Source: Lepidodermella squamata
Lineage: Eukaryota; Animalia; Gastrotricha
Direction: 5' to 3'
NCBI GenBank assembly: GCA_047495785.1
Contig: JBLDXI010000017.1
Location: forward strand, 3,534,001-3,598,000
DNA length: 64,000 bases
A model generated the notes under the pieces. It was given only the letters and a program-made list of their open reading frames with translations. It searched no databases and was not told the DNA's origin. Positions 1 to 12,017 of the stretch are shown in pieces. How positions within the stretch are numbered: position 1 is the first letter of the stretch; the number at the start of each line of letters is the position of its first letter. Made by a program: the position numbers and the translations under genes.

Positions 1-1490
1 CAAAAATCATATTTCTCGATAACCGAAAGTAGAGAGCAGGAGTCATTCTAAATAATATGCTGGTAGCTGTCAGTCAAGTATAGCTATCAATCGATCGACT
101 ATCAATAATCAAGATTCAGAGTTAAAGACATCAAAAACGATAACAGATCAGATCTGGGATAAAAAATGCACACTGAGCTTCTCTAGCAGAGAAGAGAAAG
201 CTTGCTTTCATGAAAATAAGAGACAAGATAGGAGAAATGGCTGCGGTAACACTCGAAAACTTGAAAAGAAGCATTCAGCTTGGTGATCACTTCTTCCAAG
301 ACAGATAAAGGTTTTCCATATACCGAATAACGAAGGCCCCGTTTGGACGATCGCCAAACACCAAGGGAGGAGAATATCGGTGTCGCAGCGCTCAGCTAAT
401 GGAGCGAGCGTTCGCGCCATCTCATCTCAACTCTGTCGCAACTGCGACGTCCCCTTGTCTGAAAACTCATTCCGATTAACCACTGCGAACCTTTCGTTTC
501 CCAAATATCTTTGAAAGAGATTCATGAAAAACGTATTGATTTGACTCATTTGCAAGCCGGTGATTAGGCAAGTTCAGTATAGCAAGAAGGACACCAAACG
601 AGGAAATAGAGACGGAAACAAAAACCTAACCGGTTCCACCCTAAAATTCGGTCAAGTTTATTTGAAGAAAGATGTTTTAGTTAGCTTTCATTGCTTAAGG
701 CCAGTTGATTTTGATTTTATTAGAAATATTGTGACAAAAGCTTTGCATATATAGTAATAATTAGTACCAATCAGCTATATTGGGAACCTTGACATATGTT
801 GATGTCTTGATGCGCGCGCCCGCAGTTTTGGGACTGGGTTATTCGTTTCCAACCTTCGCGAAGACCGATCCCCTACGGATGCGATGGATCTAAATCTATC
901 CTAGATCTAGAACATTTACTGCCAACTGCCTAATCTACTGACGACTGAGTGTGTGCGTGCAAGAGATGGCCTGACAATCTGATGACAAACGACGATGTTA
1001 ACAGTCAACTGAGCCAGTTTACTTATTCGCAATTTGCAGGGATTTCATGATTTTCAGTTTCAACATAACTCGTACCTAGACGCCGAATAGAAACGATCGA
1101 TGATGTTGAGCTCTCTTGGCTTTCCCTACAGTTTACATGTTCCAAGATTGCTTCATTATGATCGAAGATCGCACACTTTCTCTGTAAACGGTGGCTAACA
1201 CATATTCAATGCTAATAATTATTCATGTGGGTTAGCATTTGGCACAAAGTATCGCTTAGCGGCTATAGTTTGTTGAGGCTCATGCATATTCAATTTTAAT
1301 GCTTGTTTACTAGCTAGTGCAGCGATGCTGGTCTTGCTTTTCGCAAAATGATGCTCGGTAATCGAGTTTTGAGTAGGTATTACTTTTTGCTCCAGCACTG
1401 TTAAAGGTTTTGTACTTTTTGGTTGCTGATCGCCCTAATTTCTGAGAAGTAATTTGATTTGAATTAACGTAAATAGGTTTTAAAACGATC

Positions 1491-2831
1491 ATGCCCAGCC
1501 AACCAGTTGTCATTCGCGAGCTTGCAGGCACATTCGACAATCAGGCTGATGTGTGGTTCGATTTCGAAAAGTCGTTTCCTCACGATGCTATTCGCCATTG
1601 GTTCCAGAACCATAAGCACTGGAGCATATACCTGGGCATTGCTTACATCATAATCACATTGGCTGGGAAGCGTCTGATGGAGAAGCGCGAACGCTTTGAG
1701 CTACGATCTTTATTGCTGCTGTGGAATTGTGTTATGGCTGTTTTCAGTCTTTTTATCGCTGTACGTGTTAGCCCGTTTTTCTTTCGGCGTCTATATCATT
1801 CAACTGTGGTAAGATCAAGCATGCCAAAATGCGCGTTATCTCCAATTTAATCATTTTCAGTATGGAGCTGTATGTGACGGAAATTATGGTATTACAGCTT
1901 TCTCTTTTTTTAATAATTTCTTGAATCAAACTTTTATCCGCCGCCAACAGAAAATACAACCCCGGTAATATCTAAGCGTTTTTAATATGCTAATGCTAAT
2001 AAATTGCCTTTCAGATTGTTATGTGGCTGGAAGTATTTGTCATGACCAAAGCAATCGAATTCATTGACACGCTATTCATTGTTCTGCGGAAGCAACATTT
2101 GGCGTTCATTCACTGGTATCACCACGCCACAGGTTGCTAATTCTAATCTTGATGTTGCTTAAAACGGCAAATATTTTGTTGATTAAATGTAGTCGTGATC
2201 GTTTGCTGGTATGCCCAAGGTGCCACTCAAGGTAAAAATCAACTATCAGCAAAGCGTTTTTATACGAAAGTAATTACTCAGGTCCAGCAAATTGCATTTA
2301 CTACGTCGCCATGAACTCGATCGTCCACACAAGTAAAAATTGTTCATTGCTTTATATTTAGCTAACTATTTTTGATTTATGGCTAGTTATGTACACTTAT
2401 TACGGACTTCGAGTAAGCAAGACCCTTTTCAAATTTTGAGACATAATAACGAATTTTTTCTTAGGCTGCTCGTATCAAAGTGCCCAAGTTCATAAACATG
2501 ACAATAACCTCGATGCAAATAGGTTTGTGATATATTCAACTCGCGATCAGCAGATGTGATGTAATATTCCCTGTTAGGTCAAATGATTGTAGGAATAATC
2601 ATAAATGCTGGAGCAGCTTATTACACGTTCTTACGAAATGATAGACCCTGCGACGATGAGCCTCTTCAAATTGTCGTGGCTAGCTCGGTTTATTTGTCAT
2701 ACTTCTTCTTGTTTTGCCGATTTTTCTATCAGACCTACATCAGCCCGTCATCAGCGAACAAAGGCGCAGATATGCGATCGGGTGTAGCTTGTGCCAACGG
2801 TGCCAACTACAATCGCTCCAAGTTCGAATAA
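1491..2831 (+). CDS. ELOVL6: Very-long-chain fatty acid elongase (ELO/ELOVL family, ELOVL6/3-like), 9 exons, 301 aa
   Basis: Exons 1491-1808, 1861-1888, 1951-1964, 2015-2132, 2193-2231, 2282-2332, 2387-2412, 2465-2522, 2578-2831 join in frame (906 nt) via GT-AG introns. ELO motifs [42 protein letters not shown]. Exact paralogue uncertain. Confidence 0.93.
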
Positions 2832-5266
2832 AAACGCAACGGAACTAGCGGTACGAATCTGGCTTTATCAAGGCTGATGGCTTGCATAAGAAGTTGACTT
2901 AGTCTCTTTCCATGTAATCTTCATATTCTTATTGCTCATAAGGCCGTGGACGCATTTTAAAGTATATAATTGCTGAGAATTTCGTTTTCCATGTTGTGCT
3001 TGAAGTTTGGTGCTGACGGCTTGATTAAGGTGATACTTTATGTTTTTGTTAGGATAAAATCTGCGATTCTCACCTTTTTGCCTGGCTTATGCTTGAAAAA
3101 TGAGTTCACATGGTACTCGCTCGCTGTTCATAACTTAAGGGCGGATATTGAAGAGTAGTCAGAAAAAATCAAACCGCTAAGTAATAGATTGCTTGAGCTG
3201 CTGGTTTCATTCAATATTGCAAGTCCACGCTTCAGGTTATGATGATTTATATCCTACATAATGGAAGTATATTAGGAATATTGCTATACCTAGGTGTATT
3301 TCATATCAAGGGGGTCGATCAAGGCTGACTATTCTAAACAAATATTCATGCGCAAACTCGCTTGTCACCAATTACCACAACGTGTCGTTTCATTGGAAAG
3401 CGTGAACAATATTAAGTGCATTTAGTGCAACCCAGAGTAATATGTCTAATGATGCCCGTGGTAAAGCTAGTTTCGTGGAAAGGTCTCGAAACTAGCCTCA
3501 CCTAGGGCCGAAAGAAGGGAGCCGAAGTGGCGTTAGGCTAGATCACCTCTAAAAGCCAAGCCGATGAACTCCAGTATTTTTCTGATCAGTGTAATATGTC
3601 TCGAAGGTCTCACTGACCATAACTATATAGCGATTCGGATATTCTGCTAGTTACCCCGATAATGCCTGATGAGAGCAGCGAGCGAGCACTACTATTTCCA
3701 AGATTTGAAATATTCTTTGTATTCTTCATTTCTATGCATCAAGTGCAAGATTGTTGGGTCTAAGTTTTGGAACTATTACCAAATTGTTAACTAATGTGTA
3801 ATATTTTATGTGGTTGTAATACGGCAAAGATTTCTTTCTTCGCATTGCATTCGAAGACTTCGATTTATCTTGAATAAAGAGAATCTTGAAATGACAGAAT
3901 CTTGTATTTATTCATTCGCTCTCCAAGACGCACGCTGAGAAGAAAGCACCGGAATTATTTTTCCGTCGAAATCGGTAGCGCTCGCTCCGTAGAACAGACT
4001 GTGGTTTTTAACGGTGGACGGTGGAATTTAAGGCGTCAATTACGTAGCACTCTTCCGCACCGTAGCATTTTCGAAATATATTCAATCGATCAATGACATA
4101 CGAATTTTTCCAATTTATCATCAATGTTGGCGAGAAGGTGAATGCGAACATTTTGTTTGAAGAGAAGAGCCTAGAACAATTGACTCGCGTAAAACAAATA
4201 CCTAAGAAACCAGAACACTCAGGCAACATTTTCGCTGAATTAATCGTGTGTGACTGATTCCGAGACATTAAAATTACACAGTGAATTCAGCCCAGCTCCT
4301 CGACCACCTAGGCGTCAACAAGACACTCGAGCAACATTTTCTATTTATGCCCGCGTTGAGAGCTTTCACATTAATCAAACCCGCTCCGATATGGATTCTC
4401 TGCTAGGGCACCCTGGGCTCCCAAGTACCAAGGTAGGGTTCCAAATAGGGCAAATCAACCCCGAACGCATTTCTTCAAAATGTGCTCCACTTTCACGGCA
4501 GACCCTTCGTGACAATGTCAGGGCATTGGGTGACACGCACACTAATCTTGTGAACTCAGCAAAATTTGCTTCCATATCAGCATAAATAACCAACCAATAA
4601 AACGATAGCGCATACGGTTTTGCATGACACAGTGACGACAGGTAAGGACGAAACGAAAACGAAACGAAAATGACTGATTCGTAATCTATCTACTTATTGC
4701 GCTCAACAAAAATGTGAAAGCCCGGTTTCAATATTCCTCAAGGATCAAAAGAGCCATGTCCACTGGGTTCGTCGTTTTACAAGGTCATTTTTCGATGGGC
4801 TAAGCCCACAACATGGTGCCAAGTCCACACAAAGGTGAATGCGCACACACACATATGAATGCATCGTAAAACTTACCTATTGGCGACCATTATTTTTTGC
4901 AAAAGTTCATATCAGCATTCACAAGTGAATGATTCATAGCTACCTAATGCAATTGCGAATTTGTCCCATAACAGCCTTAGCACTTCACGAATAAGCTGAA
5001 AATTTGAAATTGGGTTCATCAGGCTACCTAATGAGAAAGCCGTAAAGAATCGAACCCGAATCGCCCGCAAACCGCAAACCGCAAACCATGTTTTCTTGCG
5101 AAAAATGAAACACGCCACTTACCTACCCACTTATGTCCTATGTCCTTTTTACCTGTAGCGCAAAAATTACGCTAAATGGAAAATGATTCGAAAGAGTGGG
5201 GTTGATTACCCCTCAGGTATTGGTGGCATTATAAAATTGGTCATTTCGATGAGATGTTTGCAGATT

Positions 5267-5501
5267 TTCAAGATATATATGCCACCAAGCCTTCTTGCAT
5301 GCCGGAATGGTAGGTACCTACTTGTAAGGTATTCCTTACAAGTATTCCTTACTACTATTCCTTACAAGGGTACCTAGGTACAAGGGTTCAAGATATATAT
5401 GCCACCAAGCCTTCTTGCATGCCGGAATGGTAGGTACCTACTTGTAAGGTATTCCTTACAAGTATTCCTTACTACTATTCCTTACAAGGGTACCTAGGTA
5501 C
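5267..5501. repeat. Perfect 115-bp direct duplication (period 120) with internal hairpin
   Basis: 5267-5381 equals 5387-5501. Each copy has the palindrome TAGGTACCTA and the stem ACTTGTAAGG-tatt-CCTTACAAGT. Confidence 0.9.
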
Positions 5502-5540
5502 TGGAAGGGAATACAAAAACTTAAATACCTTATACCTAGG

Positions 5541-5702
5541 CTGACTCCGGAGTCATTTGGACTCTTTTGAGACTTTTTCTGACTCATGGCTGACTCCGAT
5601 ATATAATACTAAATAATTGTTGACTCCGAAACGAGTCAGACAATCAGTCAAAACTGACTCCGGGTCTGACTTTGACTCCAAAAGGAACTGTCTTTGACTC
5701 CA
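5541..5702. repeat. GACTC(C)/GAGTC motif cluster, probably subterminal repeats of a non-autonomous DNA transposon
   Basis: About 10 GACTC/GAGTC copies in ~160 bp, in both orientations. The transposon assignment is inference. Confidence 0.55.
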
Positions 5703-6899
5703 CACTGCTTATTTACACTCGCCATAATATATCCCTGGTCCAAAAAATCTAAGGAATATCGTTAGCTAAAGCTCGCTTCGCTCGCAGGTGGCTATTTTGA
5801 GGTTGCAAAGGCGCAAAAACAAAGAATTTTGTTGAAAAACCAGTCGAATCCCGCCAAAAGTCGTAGCGACGGGTGAATAGAGAGCAATTTTCGCGCTAGA
5901 AGGGGAACTGAAGTTATTTATACTCGTGATATTCACTGGTTTTTCGGCATTTTAATGGTTTTGACTCGTTGGCCAATTTTTTACTCTAGCTTGTGACTCG
6001 CGATTTTCAGACCACAGTGCTTAAGGAGACGGTGGACATTTGAAAGTAGAAGAGCCAACCAAACCGAGAGGCAGGTCGGCCATCCACCGGTTTCGTTCAA
6101 GTTCAAGCCGGGTGTACCGTCTTTGACCGGATGTCTTCAGGCTTCGGATTTCATCACATCACCATCGTAAGCCACGCCATGTTACGTGCTGCTGCCGTGT
6201 GCAAATGGGATCCCAAATCGATGCACACTTTTTGCGTAGTAAAAACTGAAAAAGTTAGGAATTTTTGCCAATGGAGGGTGATACAAGGATGATTTTTCTT
6301 TTCCTAATCTAGTATTGAGCCTTAACAACCCATAGCAATCGATGGGACTCCCACGATAAGTGGAGGTTGGTGTTGATGAAAACCCGCTACTAAGTTCTGT
6401 TAGGTTACCACGGTCCGCTCGAAATGATCATCGAGAAAACGAATCGAATCTGCGCTGAAAGTTTGTAAAAATGTACAAGCTACTCTCAGATCTAGGAAAC
6501 TTCAAAGCGGGATAGGAATTTCACGCTTAAATGTTAATGAACTTATCAAATAAGGCATGCTAAACACGAGAAAAAGCAAATGACCCGACTTTTTTTGTGT
6601 CGTGAGAAAATTCCATGCGGCAAACCATGCGTTTAATGCAATTGCATAGTTTAATTAATTTATAAAACAATTGTTGTTACTGAAATTATTGTAAAACAAA
6701 ATCTTCGCGATGATTAATCACGAGGATGTTTCTGGTTTATGAATGCGCTGATGTTCCGCGGCTGACAGCAGGTGCAGGGTTTCCTCCCGGGTGTTTTTCC
6801 GTTAAACGTAACCAGAGGGGTCCGAGGAAAGTTATCTCCTATCGGGCTGTTTCATGCGCTATTATTTAGTCCTAACAGGGTAGTTTACTAAACCGCAGT

Positions 6900-9800
6900 C
6901 AGTTTTCGCGCATCTGTTTTACTTTTTCAGAACTCGGCCAAGCCAGTTCAGCTGTGACCGCGAATTTCTGACTGTCGAATTTCGACCAACTTTGACTTAG
7001 CCGTTCTTCAGTCTCTGAAGGACTGGAAGTAATTGGACCTCGTATTAGTGTTCACTAGGGTACCCTCATCAATATGTGTGATTGCTGTCGCGCTAATCTG
7101 TTTTTTTTACCCTGGGGACTCCTAACAAGATGTGCACTTTTCGCGTCATCTACGTTACCGAAAATTTTGTTTTTTCTCCAGTGTCACCAAATGGCGAAGG
7201 CAACTGAAATGAATATACGTGCCTCAAATAGGGATTATTAAGGGCTATCCATAGACCCCACTCTTGCCGGGCTGTGATATCCAGATTTACAACACTGACC
7301 CTCTGAAAAAGTGAAAAAAAATCGTCATCTACGTTACCAAAATAGGGGTATCCGCCAACACGGATTTTATCAAGTTTTTACTTCGCCCAGGTCTTTCTTT
7401 TGTGTTATAATGATATAGTAGTCATGTATCGTACCGCCTATGATAATTTTAGGTCGATTTAACCGAGATTCGGAATACACCGGGGTCTCCAAACATGAGA
7501 AAGCGTTATCGTGGTAGGGGTACCCGCCAACTCGGATTTTTTCAAGTCTCTACCTTTATCAAGTCTTTCTTTTGTGATATAATGATGCAAGAGCAATGCC
7601 CTGTAAGGTATATGTCTTTTCCAGATCAGCCGTGTTGAGTTTTTGACTGCCCCGAGTTCTCAGACTTGGGAAAGAGCCACGTTTTTAGCTAAGTAATTGC
7701 GGTCATCAATCGTCGAACTTTCGTCGATGCGCTATTCGAATGACGTTTATTGTCACACAAAGTCTTATATCTGATGTCCATTGGCATTTCTTTCGCATTT
7801 CATTGGTTCACTCGTTAGTTTGCCACCTATAAAACTCATCTATTTCGAATTTGTTTACAATTTATGAACATTGCAGCTCTTCAAGACTGAAAAGCGAAGT
7901 TGGTTCCTCAACACCGAACGTCAACGTTACGCGTTCAACAGGTATGGGGTATGGGGTATGGGGAAAATGTTCCCCAGCTGGCCATACAATGGCTGCTGCT
8001 GGTAAGAAGATCCCAGCTCTGCTAGAAGTGCAGACTGCACCCTGGTTGATCGCAACATTGCCGTGTCGCGCTTTTTTAAGGATGCTTGTTGATATGCATG
8101 CGCAACATCATCGATCTGTTTGTCGATATGTTGCTTGTCGATGCAAATGATCAATGGGAGGCCCCTAGTTATCAGTGGGCTGATCATTGTTACTGAAATT
8201 TTCGTAATTTATCGATTAACTTGATCGAGCATCGAATTAAAGATAATTTTCTTCAATTTTATTTTGCGTTATGTCAATTTTTCTTGCTTTCTTTCGAATT
8301 GAGATTGCGTACATGATAAAATCATAGCCTGGAATGGGATAGGTTGATATTTCGGGTTGGATTCATAGGCTACGCACAATAATGACGACATTAAAGACGA
8401 TGATGAGGTTGATACGTCGCTGTCTCAAAAGACAATATCGACGACAATTTCCGTCATCTGAAGTGGAACGTCATAGATTATATTCACAGATACGACTGCG
8501 GAGGTGAAATGCCGAAGCAAGGAGTACACTGTTCATATTGTGCCAAGGTCTTTTTCGATTCATATTGGGATTCAACTTGGTCATAAAATTTGCCTCTGTC
8601 TTTACGCATTTGAACGACTACAACAACTAAAATCAGAAAAGCTGATATGAGGCTTTGTACTTATTTTTGACACATTTCAGCTCCACTGTTCGACGCATTC
8701 GATTTATCTATATTTCACTCCTACACGAGCTCTACGTGACGAAAACTGCAGCATTTTTCAGTATGACTTTGGTCACCCTCTCGACAAGGTAATCAAGGTA
8801 CTCCCATTAGTCCATCATGTTCAGTCGTGCTTCTATTGCATGCTCTTTGAAGAGTTACATGATCCCATAGTAAAAGTCATCTATCAGCTTAGAAATAACG
8901 AGAAATTTTCGCCCGAGATTGATTTTCTTTTCTCACCTTGATAACCAAAGGTAAGCAAGGTCGAAAAGGGGACATTATGTTCAATTTCTTTCTCAATAGA
9001 TGCGCCTTGAAGCGTTGCTTACTCTCTGCAAGTTTCAGCCGCCAACGGGCTTGCAAAGACGAGAAATCGCGCTCTAAAAAGACTTATTCGGGTCCAGCTT
9101 CGATGAAGCCCCCTGCCTAACCAAGGTAACCATAGGTGTGAATAAGGGGACATTATGTTCGATTTGTGTTCCACGAGATGCGCCTTAAAGAGTTGTACAA
9201 TCCCACCAAGTTTCAGCTCTCCGCGAGCTGTCCTTGACGCGCAAAATGTAAATGAAAATACTATATTTCCGCGTCATCAAGGCGCTAGTCACGTGACTAA
9301 GCTGGTAATTTTTATCGACTATTTCGTCCCCCAGACGCGCCAGTTTGACTCTGAACATAGTCATGTTATATATATTTCTTCTTGTGCTGATGAGGGGAGT
9401 ACGGCCCGGCTGAAATTTCGGCGTCTCGTTGCCGAGCCGGGTACTGCGTCATCTACCTGACTTTTTTTCGTCATCTACGTTACCTTACCTTTCAGCTCGG
9501 TTCTCCACACATGTAGGGGCTGCGCTCGCGTGCTAGGCGCCAAACGATAGAGGACATCATGGCGCGTCTGCTGATATGCGACATGAGGGGCGAAACCTGG
9601 TGGCGGGGTAGAATTTTTGACATATATATTGGTGACTCTAAAAGTACTTCTAATTTTGCGTCATCAATTTTTCGCGCGGGGCTTAAGTTTTACAGCTCAA
9701 TTTAATTTTTTTACCCCAGTTTTTGGTACCGTTAGATACCTCTAGGGGCCCTTCGTGCAAAAACGTTGGCGCACTTTTACTAGCTAACCCTTTTCCGGTA

Positions 9801-9990
9801 TTTTAAAATTAGCAAAGTTTACACACCGTCATATACGTTACCCGAAAAACACCCTCACCGCGATCTGCCGTGCTGTGCACCTGCGTTTCTGGTTACGCAT
9901 CGCTAAGAGCTCATCCAAATTTGCAGAGTGGCCCCATTTTGCGTTTTTACTTGCTTTGAGTTACGATTTTGCGTCATTCCCCCATGTTAC
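6900..9990. repeat. Non-coding region of diverged ~172-179-bp repeat units (satellite-like or foldback element; boundaries approximate)
   Basis: CGTCATCTACGTTACC at 7144, 7323, 9469 and 9827 (1 mismatch). 7343-7412 resembles 7515-7584. AAGGGGACATTATGTTC at 8966 and 9144. Confidence 0.65.
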
Positions 9991-10215
9991 CCCGTAAACG
10001 CGTTTCTTGAAAGTTAAAGATTGATCGCTATCAATAGTCTTTTTCTGGGTCATTGAACATTATAGAAAATAGAAACTGAACTAGCTGCTTCAGCTTACGC
10101 GAATAAAGATGATCATGGATCATGGATTACGGTCACAAGCTATCGAATATTAGGCGTTAGTGGTTAGGGGTCCTTAATGCGAACTCACCTCTCCCGTCTT
10201 CGACTTCATTACGAA

Positions 10216-10243
10216 CGTAATGCGTAATGCGTAATGCGCAATG
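10216..10243 (+). repeat. (CGTAATG)n short tandem repeat
   Basis: Three perfect heptamers plus one variant, preceded by an inverted copy CATTACG at 10207. Confidence 0.7.
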
Positions 10244-12017
10244 CACGAATGTTTTGCATTTTTAGCTTTATAGGCTATATGCTAAATATCAGCCTTGAGG
10301 ATAAAGAATTAGGAAGCTAGCTTATGTGCAAGGGTTGGGGCTCAACACTCGCTGACCTGTCGATTTGAGGTTTGAGAACTACCGTTAATTAGTATAAAAG
10401 TTGATACTGTAGTGCAATATGGAACAACCTCTCGGGGCTCTCTTGGATTAGAGATGCACGCTGGAAGAGTGCTTGGGGTCATTGCTCGTGATCCAGAATA
10501 GCTTCATGGGGACGCGATCCTTCTTAAACATTGGTGTCGTAGCTAGGCCGACGTTTGCCGTATGGCTTTCACCGGCCCTCGGCGTAACGTACGATGCGTT
10601 AGATTTAAAATAGCATACAGGATAAGGAAAAAATTGGAAGCATTTGTGAAAAAATAAGAGGGTTTTATCACAAGACGCCTATTTTTCATAATTAAGCTGT
10701 CAACAGTCGTTTGACCTCGCGACTTTCATGAGATGTATTTATCTGTGAGTTTTGAGTTACAGTCGTTTTGATTGCTGCGTGACATGCGATTCGCATTGCA
10801 GCTTGATAGGGTGGCTACATCACATCGTACATCTCTAACGCATGTCATCAACATACAGGCTACATCTTCCAATTTCTTCTTGCGGTTTAAAGTCAGTAAG
10901 ACTTAGTGGAATTTTTTCATCGGTGGGAAATTGTGAAACAACCCCATGATTCCTTATTGTGCGAGTGTCCATTTATTTACCGGGAGGGATACTCGCCTGA
11001 GTGATTTGTATGACCAATCATTCGTCATTTAGAAGTTTGCACGTGAATTTCATTTTTAGCACATATTATAAGTTTAAGTTAGCATGCGTAACTTATGATT
11101 TAATATATCACAGGGCGGTCAATATTCGAATTAGTTGGCTGCATCCACTGCCACCCCGCTCTATTAGTCATTGCTGGCAGGCATGTTGTCTATAAGATCG
11201 CCTCCCCCGTGTAAATTTAATTCCCACCTACGATATTTAATTCATAAAATTGTTGTGTTTAGTAGGATTGTTTCTATCAGTGCGCCTGAAAACAAAGACC
11301 TGCGCGGGTTTTCATCAATGAATTGAGTTTTTTTTGTCGTTGAAGTAATAGCAATGTTCACGTGAATTGTTTCCCGGGGATTGTTTCTCTTATTTACAAA
11401 AAAATAACGTGCTCCTCTACATTCATATTGGCCGTGCATTTAAGCATTATTTGTGCGTAGAAAACTAGCTTGGAGCCGCTCATAAACCGTTGGTGGCGTG
11501 ATTCTTGAATGGCATGAGTGAAACAACTCCGGCTACACTAGGATATTCGGTCTCCTGTGCTAACTGCTTGATGCATATTACTCAGTTATGTCACCACTAA
11601 GACAGCGGATTCGAGGACAAATTTTCTCCCTAGCACTTATGTAGCGATAAATTTTTAGGTTTTGGAGGAAGTCGTTCGAACTTGGCAACCTGTATTAAGC
11701 GTGCTCTCTTTAGAGTTTTTTCTCATCCCATCTTGACGGAATGAACACGCACTGGAATCGTTTTTATATTATGCCATTGAATCGTAATGTAAACTGTTTT
11801 TTACCGGCTTGCGTATTTTTACATTCCCGCTCTGTGCGATGTTGCGTTGTACATAGAGAAATAGCTATGGTCTCAATAACTACTGCATTGCTGTTTTTTT
11901 CATTTTCTATAGAGTTTCCGGCAGGGTCTCTTAAGTTAGTGATACTGGTGGCTGTCTGTGCAGCTCTCATTCCAACAACAGCTCATAAACGATAGTTGGG
12001 CTGCATCAACTTCATCA

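Noticed and set aside
3902-4593. Cluster of 64-111-aa ORFs
   Set aside because: No recognisable domain and no consistent splice structure.
7144-9842. CRISPR-like array of the 16-bp repeat
   Set aside because: Eukaryotic context, spacing of 179 bp or more, spacers related to each other, no cas genes.
6021-10177. Single TTAA-flanked Kolobok/piggyBac element enclosing the repeat region
   Set aside because: The ends TTAAGGAGAC and GGGTCCTTAA match for only 3 bp beyond TTAA; no real TIR.
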